From: Candidatus Poribacteria bacterium
GTDB lineage: Bacteria > Poribacteria > WGA-4E > WGA-3G
Assembly: GCA_965214095.1 (NCBI GenBank)
Contig: OZ243938.1
Span: forward strand, 3,968,001-4,032,000
Direction of reading: 5' to 3'
Length of the DNA: 64,000 bases
The notes below the pieces were generated by a model that saw only the letters and a list, made by a program, of their open reading frames with translations, did no database searches and was not told the DNA's origin. A program made the translations under genes and the position numbers. Positions 21,107-29,912 of the stretch are shown in pieces; position 1 is the stretch's first letter; the number at the start of each line of letters is the position of its first letter.

Positions 21107-21257
21107 CAAAATCTCCTTCAATAAAATCATAGATCTAAAGAGGAAAGAAGTATCTGGTTTATTCTTTGATAATAAAGATACCTTTTTACGACTAGTCTAT
21201 GGAGGTCGTCAACACAACCGCTATGTCAATTTATATTCAGAACATTGAAATCACAAA

Positions 21258-22373
21258 TCATTTCTTCTCAGAATCATACAAATCAAGAATCTCAGTTCGC
21301 GAGTTATAACCGAAATGATATTCACGAGCATCTTTGATGTAATCAGGTTGAACCCCGGATCCCAGTTGCCGAAAATAGGTATTTAAGGGGTAAGTTTTTG
21401 GAGTGACCTTTTCATCGTTAGCAATATAGTCAAACTGAATCTTTGGGTAGCCAGTGGGAACAACTTTTCCGGGATACCAATGAGTCATAATTTGGTTTCG
21501 TTTAACTGTCGTTTGTTTCCATTTGCCACCTGCAGACCACTTGACATAATAATTAACAGTGAACGTAGTATTATTCGTAATTGAGAACACATGTCTTGGT
21601 TGCAGTGTATTCAATAGATCTTTTATGTAGATAGCAGGAACAGCCCAGGCTGTGTGCCGTTCATTACTTAGAGTAGCAATCCCAATCAAATTTCCTTGAT
21701 CATCAAGGACAGGACCGCCACTGTTACCTTTATAGATACCAGCAGTGAACTTAATCATGCCACTGTCAACAGATTGAAATGTTCCTGCAGCATATTTCCA
21801 TAACTTCAAACCTCCTGGATTACCGAAGATCTGAACTTGATCTTTTCTCTCCAGATAGAGATGTGCTGGATAATTGAAATTATGGTCAATTTCGCGTGCA
21901 GTATCTGGAAGTCCATCAAGTTGAATAACTGCCAAATCCGTTTTAGGGTCTTTAGCAATTACGCGACCTTCTACAGCATAACCAATTCCCTTCAGAACCC
22001 CTAAGTTATTCTTATTAACATAAAAGTTGCGTTCGTCAATCAAGACTCCGTATCGATCGCGGACTGGAAAGAATATTGCAACTTCATCATTATCCTTTAC
22101 TACGTGGTGATTTGTGACCGCAAGTCTCAATTCTGTATCAATTAACACACCACTCCCCTGAAATTTATCAGATATCACCCATACTAAAGATCTAATTGTC
22201 TTGTTATAAATCTCATCAACACTCAATTCTGGTCTCGGGATAGTTCTAACTTCAACTTCAATATCTGAAAAATCAATATCTTGACTGTAACCAGTGCTTT
22301 GACAACCCGAACAAAGTAAAACAATTACTGAAGTTAACACAATTACTTTTCTATACAAAATTGACTTTTTCAT
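21258..22373 (-). CDS. Trypsin-like serine protease, probable lipoprotein
   Basis: LLCSGC lipobox-like; TNHHV, DLAVI, GNSGGP; one C-terminal repeat like those of the neighbour. Confidence 0.85.
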   Translation of the reverse strand: MKKSILYRKVIVLTSVIVLLCSGCQSTGYSQDIDFSDIEVEVRTIPRPELSVDEIYNKTIRSLVWVISDKFQGSGVLIDTELRLAVTNHHVVKDNDEVAIFFPVRDRYGVLIDERNFYVNKNNLGVLKGIGYAVEGRVIAKDPKTDLAVIQLDGLPDTAREIDHNFNYPAHLYLERKDQVQIFGNPGGLKLWKYAAGTFQSVDSGMIKFTAGIYKGNSGGPVLDDQGNLIGIATLSNERHTAWAVPAIYIKDLLNTLQPRHVFSITNNTTFTVNYYVKWSAGGKWKQTTVKRNQIMTHWYPGKVVPTGYPKIQFDYIANDEKVTPKTYPLNTYFRQLGSGVQPDYIKDAREYHFGYNSRTEILDLYDSEKK

Positions 22374-22418
22374 AAAAAATCACCTTTTATCAAAATTTGA
22401 TTCCAAAGTGGAATCTGG

Positions 22419-22560
22419 TTATATGAAAAGAATATAAAAATATGTGCACACTCCCGGTAGATGCGGTTTCCTAACCGCATCTATGAGACTGAACAAACAC
22501 CGGTTTGGTTAGGAAACCGAACCTACCGTAGTGTATAAATAATTATGATTTTTACTATAA
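22419..22560. mobile_element. MITE/REPIN-like element, family A copy 2
   Basis: Reverse complement of 3589-3729 with few mismatches; ends in ACTATAA. Confidence 0.8.
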
Positions 22561-22598
22561 AGATCGGTAACGAAGCGTGTTTACTCAGAAGTCACCAA

Positions 22599-23159
22599 CT
22601 ATTTGCTGATGAAAATCTTTCCGTTCTGATGCATCAAATTAACTCCTTCCAGAAGTCCAGTAATTGCAGTTCCGGATCCCTTAAGTGTCATGTTGATATT
22701 AACTCCAGGACTCTTCTTTTTGATCATGTATCCATCAGTAATTTTCACAAGTTGATAACCGTGCGTTTTTAGCCAATTTTTAGACTCAATCTCATCTAAA
22801 AAACCTGTCGGTGGATATGGCGGAGGAGAGGGATAGTCAAATCCGTTCGCTACAACTCTTTTTTTACTATTATGATCAACTGTAATAATAGTTATCTGTT
22901 GCAGGAAAGGTTCTTCCAAAACTAAATGTTGTTCCATAAAAGAGAGACTGTCGGGCATTGCTATTTTTCCGCTATTTTCATTTATCCATTGTTGTGATTC
23001 TGAAACACTTAGAACTTTACGACCAGTCTCTTCTTGTAGTGTTAACCAAAAATTCCATTGTTGTTCAGGAGTTGGTTCTGATGGTCCTGGCGGGGGTGGT
23101 GGCTCACAACTCGCTATAAACAGAATTATTAGAACCGTTGCTATGATGTTATATTTCAT
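22599..23159 (-). CDS. Hypothetical lipoprotein, Pro-rich linker
   Basis: AAGGAG RBS; MKYNIIATVLIILFIAS-C lipobox; PPPPPGP. Confidence 0.7.
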   Translation of the reverse strand: MKYNIIATVLIILFIASCEPPPPPGPSEPTPEQQWNFWLTLQEETGRKVLSVSESQQWINENSGKIAMPDSLSFMEQHLVLEEPFLQQITIITVDHNSKKRVVANGFDYPSPPPYPPTGFLDEIESKNWLKTHGYQLVKITDGYMIKKKSPGVNINMTLKGSGTAITGLLEGVNLMHQNGKIFISK

Positions 23160-23308
23160 TGTAATTTGCTCCTTTTTGAAATTATGTATTTTACTCAGTA
23201 CTAACGATTAAATCTATGCTGAATATTGAATTTGTATGTCAGATAATCCTCAACTAAAGAATTGGCATTATGCAGATTCAAACTGTTCTATTACAAAGGG
23301 AATTGAAA

Positions 23309-23479
23309 TTAATTAATCAATTCAAACCGATTCACTATACCAAGGATTACGACTATTACAAAGATAGCAGTAACCCAAATCAACAAACGTACTGCCCGCT
23401 TCACAATACTAATAACCAAGAATATAGTGAATATACCAACAATTATCAGAAATGGTAAAGAACCTACTATTTCAAGCAT
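23309..23479 (-). CDS. Small 2-TM membrane protein
   Basis: MLEIVGSLPFLIIVGIF...KRAVRLLIW...; ATG at 23479 preferred. Confidence 0.5.
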   Translation of the reverse strand: MLEIVGSLPFLIIVGIFTIFLVISIVKRAVRLLIWVTAIFVIVVILGIVNRFELIN

Positions 23480-23597
23480 TACAGATTTTATCTTAAAAGA
23501 AAAAACCACATTAAGACTATGACATAATATCAACATATTATATCACATTACGTCTTAATGTGGATATTTTAGATAGAATTAACAAAAAAGTCAACTA

Positions 23598-24410
23598 TTA
23601 ATTTGACAAAACACTTTTCATCTTCTCCAACCCAATCCGAGCAACCTCCTCCGGATCTTCTTCCCAATAACTCGGATTAAACAACTCCAACGAAATAACA
23701 CCCGAATAATCCGCATCTTTCAAAATAGAGATCATCCGCTTCAGGTCAAGGATACCATCACCAGGATAAACTCTATCCGCATCAGACTGTTCTGCACGTG
23801 CAGGCTCAGCAGGAGCGTCATTGAAGTGGAAGACTGCGATTTTTTCTCCAGGAATACCCTCCATATCCTCAATCTCTCCACCACCCCGATAGATATGGAA
23901 CGGGTCAAGCACAATTGTGCTATCCGGATGATCAGCAACTTCCATAACTTCCCATGCATGTTTCACCTGATTAACACCATCAACAAAACCGAGAAACTCC
24001 ATCGCAGGTTTAACACCTATTTCTCGTCCGAGTTCAAGTAGTTTTCTGTAATTCTCGCCACCCAATTGCAAGTCTGCAACTTCGCGCGGTGGACTTGAAA
24101 TAATATAGGTTGAACCTACTGCGGCGGCTTGTGCCATCCGTTTCTTGGCATCATCCAATGCATTTTGAAGATCAGCACCAGTTGCATCGAGCCATCCATG
24201 CAACGCAATGACGGTTGGCACGGAAAGACCATTATCATCTAATGCTTTTTTCACATCTGCAAGCGACCCTCCTTGATCCTCATAATCGGATAGATCGTTA
24301 TTCCACAACTCAATTGCTGTATAACCAGTTTCTCCGGCAATCCGTATCTTATCCATCAAACTTGCAGGACGGATCGTACTTGTATTCAACCCTAACTCAA
24401 ATTGTCCCAT
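23598..24410 (-). CDS. Sugar phosphate isomerase/epimerase (xylose-isomerase-like TIM barrel)
   Basis: MEF, LDPFH, FHFND, R..PGDG, SLELF metal motifs. Confidence 0.9.
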   Translation of the reverse strand: MGQFELGLNTSTIRPASLMDKIRIAGETGYTAIELWNNDLSDYEDQGGSLADVKKALDDNGLSVPTVIALHGWLDATGADLQNALDDAKKRMAQAAAVGSTYIISSPPREVADLQLGGENYRKLLELGREIGVKPAMEFLGFVDGVNQVKHAWEVMEVADHPDSTIVLDPFHIYRGGGEIEDMEGIPGEKIAVFHFNDAPAEPARAEQSDADRVYPGDGILDLKRMISILKDADYSGVISLELFNPSYWEEDPEEVARIGLEKMKSVLSN

Positions 24411-24419
24411 GCTATCTCC

Positions 24420-25220
24420 TTATTTATCCATCAATGCGCGAATAAAACGCACATCTACGCGGGCAAGGTCAATCACACTCTTTACAGGTTCACCACCATA
24501 TTCACTATGGAAACTCACAGGTCCTGTATATTCCATCGTCTGCAACGTATTAATGGTTGTTTCCCAATCAACAAACCCTTTCCCCATACGAACAACTTTG
24601 CCACCTTTCATACCGGGTGAACGTGCAAGGTCTTTGAAAGCTATCACTGCTAAATGTGAACTGACAATATCAAGTGCCATGTTAATTGGCTCACCGACAA
24701 TAGACAGATGACCCGTATCAGCAAAAACACCAACATATTTGGGATCAAAATCCTTCACAAGGTTCATCACCGCACATGAATTTAGTCCCATAGAAGTTCC
24801 CGAATGGTTATGTATACAAGTACGGGGACCATATATCTCAGAGAGTTTAGCAAATCCATCAAGTTGCTCGCGTATTGAATCAACCTGAGACCAGTAGCCA
24901 CCATCTCCTGCATGCCAATGCCAATATCCCAATTTGATATTATCAACACCTGCACTTCCTGCAGCCGCATAAACACGTTTTGTGTCTTCGCTTGTAGGAT
25001 CTAAAAAGTCGCCAGGAGTCGTAACAAGCGGAATCGACATTCCTGCATCTGCAAATTGCTCTGCGGCTTCAGGTAATGCCTTAATTGCATTTTTTGGATT
25101 TACGGGATAACCGGGACGAACACAAAGGTCAGCACCATCAACCCCAACAGATTTCAACGCAGTGATAATCTCTGGAATTTCTAAACCTTCCAGATGTTTT
25201 GTGAACATTATAAATTTCAT
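24420..25220 (-). CDS. Sugar phosphate isomerase/epimerase family protein
   Basis: IHNHSG, DTGH, FKD, G.G.VDW, SFHSE. Confidence 0.85.
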   Translation of the reverse strand: MKFIMFTKHLEGLEIPEIITALKSVGVDGADLCVRPGYPVNPKNAIKALPEAAEQFADAGMSIPLVTTPGDFLDPTSEDTKRVYAAAGSAGVDNIKLGYWHWHAGDGGYWSQVDSIREQLDGFAKLSEIYGPRTCIHNHSGTSMGLNSCAVMNLVKDFDPKYVGVFADTGHLSIVGEPINMALDIVSSHLAVIAFKDLARSPGMKGGKVVRMGKGFVDWETTINTLQTMEYTGPVSFHSEYGGEPVKSVIDLARVDVRFIRALMDK

Positions 25221-25296
25221 AATTGCTATTAGATCCGTAAATTATTTTTTTCAGTTTTTGCCATCAGTTTTCAGTTGAAGGCAGATGCGAAAATTC

Positions 25297-25413
25297 TAAT
25301 ACTATTTCTAAGAAATCAGAACTCTTTAAGAAATAATTAGTTCGTAGTCGCGCAATTCATTGCGCCTCATACATTCCAAGGCAAAAGGGTAATCATCTAT
25401 AGAATTGGTATTA
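25297..25413. mobile_element. MITE-like element, family C, carrying a GTAG hairpin
   Basis: TAATACTATTTCTA ... TAGAATTGGTATTA imperfect TIR; internal GTTCGTAGTCGCGCAATTCATTGCGCCTC (25340-25368) identical to 29376-29404. Confidence 0.65.
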
Positions 25414-25439
25414 CATTTCTTACAACTGACAACTATTCC

Positions 25440-26543
25440 CTACCAATCCACAACAGAACCATCATCAGGATGGTAAGATTCTGGATTTCGCCAATCGTGG
25501 TCTATCTTATCTTCAAGCGCATCTTCATCCAACTCAATCCCTAAACCAGGACCCGTTGGCAGTTCAACAAACCCATCTTTGAAGACAAATGGATTCTTGA
25601 GATAACCTTCACCAAGAGTGGTGTGTTCCTGCATGACAAAGTTCGGAATAGACGCATCTAATTGAATACATGCTGCTAACGAAATCGGACCGAGCGGGTT
25701 ATGCGGTGCAATACCACCATAATATGCCTCTGCCATTCCTGCGATAATACGCACTTCATTGATACCACCCGCATGACATAGGTCAGGTTGTAGAATGGAT
25801 GCTGCTTGTTTTTCTAAAATCTCACGGAAACCCCACTTGGTAAAAATTCGTTCACCTGTTGCTATCGGTAAATGTGTGCTACGAGCAATCTCTGCAAGCG
25901 TATCCACATTCTGGCACTGGATCGGTTCTTCAACAAACATCGGCTGATACGGTTCCAACGCCTTAATTAACACCTTTGCTGTCTGCGGACTCACGGCACC
26001 GTGAAAGTCAATTGCCAAGTCTACCTCAGTCCCCGCAGCTTCACGTAGTGAAGCAAAATGATCAACTGCTTTGTCAATGAACGCCTTGTTTTCAATAATA
26101 CGTGCAGGTCTACCACCAGCAACACCTGTTTTAAAAGCTGTGAACCCTTTGTCGATCCATTCCTGAATGCTATGTGCATCGCCACCACCTTTGTAAAGTC
26201 TGATTTTATCGCGTGTTGGACCGCCAAAAAGTTGGTAAACAGGGACACCAAGGGACTTTCCTGCTAAGTCCCATAATGCTTGTTCAACGCCACTCAATGC
26301 ACTTGTGAGAATTGGTCCACCACGATAAAATGCGTGACGATACATCGCCTGCCAATGATGAACAACACGTCTCGGATCTTCACCTATGAGATAAGGTGCA
26401 AGTTCATCAACTGCTTGTGCACAGGTCTTCGCGCGTCCCTCCAAAATCGGTTCACCGAGACCTACCAAGCCTTCATCTGTATGTATTTTGAGAAAGAGCC
26501 AACGGGGTTGTACAAGGAAAGTTTCTAATTTCGTTATTTTCAT
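25440..26543 (-). CDS. dgoD: Galactonate dehydratase (enolase superfamily)
   Basis: PRWLFLKI.TDEG..G.GE, FYRGGP, DFHG, FVEEP, TGER, QPDLCHAGG, PHNPLGP. Confidence 0.9.
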   Translation of the reverse strand: MKITKLETFLVQPRWLFLKIHTDEGLVGLGEPILEGRAKTCAQAVDELAPYLIGEDPRRVVHHWQAMYRHAFYRGGPILTSALSGVEQALWDLAGKSLGVPVYQLFGGPTRDKIRLYKGGGDAHSIQEWIDKGFTAFKTGVAGGRPARIIENKAFIDKAVDHFASLREAAGTEVDLAIDFHGAVSPQTAKVLIKALEPYQPMFVEEPIQCQNVDTLAEIARSTHLPIATGERIFTKWGFREILEKQAASILQPDLCHAGGINEVRIIAGMAEAYYGGIAPHNPLGPISLAACIQLDASIPNFVMQEHTTLGEGYLKNPFVFKDGFVELPTGPGLGIELDEDALEDKIDHDWRNPESYHPDDGSVVDW

Positions 26544-26594
26544 ATAGAGTTCACCTTAAATGCACACCAAGTGTCCATAAAATTTTAATTTTTT

Positions 26595-26623
26595 ATGGTA
26601 CCACCTCGTTTGTATTTTGTCAA
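26595..26623 (-). promoter_or_regulatory. Putative sigma70 promoter of dgoD
   Basis: Minus strand TTGACA-17bp-TACCAT with TGn extension. Confidence 0.5.
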
Positions 26624-26870
26624 TCTAATTTTCGGGTGATGATCATTAGCTAAAGAATTCTTGACATTGCCTTTTAGTTAATCCTATTTCTTCAACTAAT
26701 GCAACATTCCTGCTATACTACATAGAAAGTTACACTTCAAAATGCAGCACATGTTGCTATACAGAATTCAGTTTTTTATCATTTTTCCTACGTATTTGCA
26801 GATTTTTTGCAACCTTTGCATCAGAAATAGGAGTCTTTGTATATGAGACAATCTATTTTGGAGAAGGCAC

Positions 26871-29321
26871 ATGGAAATAACAGACGTTCAACTAATACAA
26901 AATACATTGAATGGTAATCAAGATGCTTTTGCGGAGTTAGTCCGCAGATATCAAAATCGAGTGCATGCCCTTGCATGGCGGAATATAGGTGATTTTCACA
27001 TTGCCGAGGAAATTACACAAGACACTTTCTTACGTGCATATAGAAACCTTGGTTCTCTGAAGAATCCTCAACTATTTGCGGGATGGTTATATGTCATCGC
27101 AAATCGACTTTGCAAAACTTGGTTGTCAAAAAAAGCGCATGAGATGCAATCGTTGGAAACTATGCCTACAGAAGAACTTGAGCTGCATGCATATTCAGAT
27201 TATGCAGCGAAACAACGTGAGGATCATGCATCTGAAAATAGGATGGATCTTGTCAATCGTCTCCTCCAAAAATTGCCTGAGAGTGAAAGAATTGTCATAA
27301 CACTCCATTACCTTGCAGAGAGTTCAGTTAAAGAGATTAGCGAGTTTTTAGGTGTATCAATGAATACGGTGAAAAGCCGTCTCCATCGCGCAAGAAAACG
27401 ATTACAGAAGGAGGAAAACATGCTCAAAGAAACTTTAGGAAGTTTCCAACCATCAACTGCATTAACAGATAGTATCATCACCAAAATAAAACAGACAGGA
27501 ACGCAGATTAATCCACCTACAACCAAGACATTCATTCCAATTGTATCTGCAACGTCAACACTCGTTGTGGTATTACTCATGCTTGGCCTCGGCTCACAAT
27601 ACCTTGCACATTTTCAGAAACCATATAACCTTGATGCTACCTCAAAAATGTCAGTAGAAATCGTTGACGCATCAGTAATGATGAATCTCCCATCAGACCC
27701 AAATGTCAGAAATCAGATTGGCAATGTTGATGCACAAAATAAGAGCGACAGTGTGGATCAGAACGTGGATGCAAAGTTACCATTCTCTAACTCTGGTCGT
27801 GTGATTGATGAAGCAGGTAATCCTATTTCAGGTATAAAAATCGCACTAACCCCAGTTAGAAATGTAAATGGAGGATGGTTTCCAATAATTCCAAGTGATG
27901 AAAACGGTGATCCAATAGATATGTCTGTATATCAGGCAGAAACGAATATAGAAGGACATTTCACGGTTACTAATCCCTTAGGTGGCACCGTTAAATTAAC
28001 CTTATTTCCTCGTCTTAGATCTGGATATCGCATGTCAAAGGTTCAAATGGCAGGTTTGTATTTCTATCCTACTGAGATGTCGGGCCAAAAAGGTGTTGTG
28101 TTTGCAATATCTCCAGATGCACACCATGAAGATATTCAAGTCATACTCAAGCAGCCGCAATTGCGTGTAAAAGTCCTAAATAGCGACAGCACTCCACTCG
28201 CAAACGAAACAATAAGATGTGATATTGAAATTGAAAGTAAAGGTGGAAAATCTACATTGGATATGACAGTAGATACAGATGAAAATGGATACTTCGTGCA
28301 CTACATTGATAATTTCTGGAATAATGATGTAACATATACTTGCAGGATGACTACAACCTATGATAAGCAAACAGCAAGTGCAGCACCGTTTGAGCTGAAA
28401 TCTACACATGGGACATATAATGTTGTTCTCATTTTGGGTGAGGAGCAAGTAACAATTTCCCAACTACAGGACGATAGTAATACAAATACACCTTCTCAGA
28501 CAAATATCAATAACCAAAATCGTAAACCACCTCACAGTATTGTTCCGCAACAAACTTCTACACTATCAGGAAAGGTGGTTGATATAGAAGGTAAACCGGT
28601 AGCGGATCTACCTATATACATTCGTTCCGTAAAACCGACTGAAATTGAACGTGTAAATACAACTTTTTTTCGACAATATTATTTTAAATCGCAACATTCA
28701 CGAACAAATAATGAAGGCACTTTTACTCTCAAAAACATTTCTTCTGGGAGTATATACTTGGGGTTATTGACAGATAAGATAAACACTTTCCTACCAGATG
28801 GTCTTGCGGAAAAGAATAGCGATGATTTAGACAAAAAGGATAAGGACAAGCTGCGTACAATGGGCTTCTATGATATGGAACAAGAAGATTTTGAACCAGA
28901 TTATGAAGTGCTATCTATACGTCAACAAGGGATAACTTTTTATCCAAAAAGAAACGCTGATCCAATAGTATTTGGAATTCATCCAGAAACTGAAAATAAA
29001 AATGTAGTCGTTACGGTAAAATCACGAATGCGGATACGGGGTCAACTTCTTTCTGATGATGGCATACCGGTTGCCAATGTAAGATTCAATCTTCGTGAAT
29101 CAAGATATACTGAAGATGGAAAGGGATTTGGAAGTTCAGGTGGAAAACCAAAAACTGATGCAAACGGATTCTTTATCTATTATCCGACGGAGAAACACGA
29201 ACCCATGCATTATATTTTTGGTCTGAGATATAGAAATATGATAGCGGAGTCGGAACCTATTCTCCTTAAACCTGGAGAAAGGTTTGAGGAATTAAAATTA
29301 AAATTAGAAAGTATCCCATAG
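26871..29321 (+). CDS. ECF sigma factor fused via TM helix to carboxypeptidase-regulatory-like (Ig/prealbumin-type) repeats
   Basis: Sigma2 AEEITQDTFL..F.GWLY.IA.R; sigma4 EISEFLGVSMNTVKSRLHRAR; TM ~aa 222-241; SGRVID..G.P repeats. Confidence 0.88.
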   Translation: MEITDVQLIQNTLNGNQDAFAELVRRYQNRVHALAWRNIGDFHIAEEITQDTFLRAYRNLGSLKNPQLFAGWLYVIANRLCKTWLSKKAHEMQSLETMPTEELELHAYSDYAAKQREDHASENRMDLVNRLLQKLPESERIVITLHYLAESSVKEISEFLGVSMNTVKSRLHRARKRLQKEENMLKETLGSFQPSTALTDSIITKIKQTGTQINPPTTKTFIPIVSATSTLVVVLLMLGLGSQYLAHFQKPYNLDATSKMSVEIVDASVMMNLPSDPNVRNQIGNVDAQNKSDSVDQNVDAKLPFSNSGRVIDEAGNPISGIKIALTPVRNVNGGWFPIIPSDENGDPIDMSVYQAETNIEGHFTVTNPLGGTVKLTLFPRLRSGYRMSKVQMAGLYFYPTEMSGQKGVVFAISPDAHHEDIQVILKQPQLRVKVLNSDSTPLANETIRCDIEIESKGGKSTLDMTVDTDENGYFVHYIDNFWNNDVTYTCRMTTTYDKQTASAAPFELKSTHGTYNVVLILGEEQVTISQLQDDSNTNTPSQTNINNQNRKPPHSIVPQQTSTLSGKVVDIEGKPVADLPIYIRSVKPTEIERVNTTFFRQYYFKSQHSRTNNEGTFTLKNISSGSIYLGLLTDKINTFLPDGLAEKNSDDLDKKDKDKLRTMGFYDMEQEDFEPDYEVLSIRQQGITFYPKRNADPIVFGIHPETENKNVVVTVKSRMRIRGQLLSDDGIPVANVRFNLRESRYTEDGKGFGSSGGKPKTDANGFFIYYPTEKHEPMHYIFGLRYRNMIAESEPILLKPGERFEELKLKLESIP

Positions 29322-29334
29322 CTCTACAATCATT

Positions 29335-29610
29335 ATATCATTTCTGATTGATCGTCATTCATTAGGAAAGAACGTGTTCGTAGTCGCGCAATTCATTGCG
29401 CCTCTTACATTTAGCACCAGCGGTGCGGAAGGTGTATAGCAAACAGATATAAAAAGGAAACAAGCCCCAGCGGGGTGACAGGTGTATCGTTTTAATCCCA
29501 ATTCTAAGAAATAAAGTCGCATTAGAAGATTTACGAGGTTTTGGGAATGTCCGAGGCGCGCTTTATTGCGTCTCGGACATTGTTGGAGTGGTTTCCAACT
29601 ACGAATTCTT
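29335..29610. repeat. Mosaic cluster of REP-like hairpins and TIR-like ends
   Basis: ATATCATTTCTG and TAATCCCAATTCTA ends, GTAG hairpin 29376-29404, GCACCAGCGGTGC / GCCCCAGCGGGGT doublet, TGTCCGAGGCGC..GCGTCTCGGACA palindrome. Confidence 0.55.
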
Positions 29611-29912
29611 ATATTTTGGAGAACTTCCTAAACACATTAAATGCTAAACGCGCATTCAACGTTGATTTGGAATGTCACTTTTTTACCAACTTCAGTACAG
29701 TTTATCTTAACAATGGCACTTTGAAACGTCAGACTCATAATCATGTAAATCTGTAAATCCTGAAAATCTTGGTTCAGACAGAAAATCAAACTAAATTGAT
29801 GCCAATGGTGCGGTTTCCTAACCAATTCTGTGCATAAATATTGGCACATAAATTGCATTCTATGTTTACAATAAACATCAACAGCAACTATCATTAAGAG
29901 GATACCTGTTCT

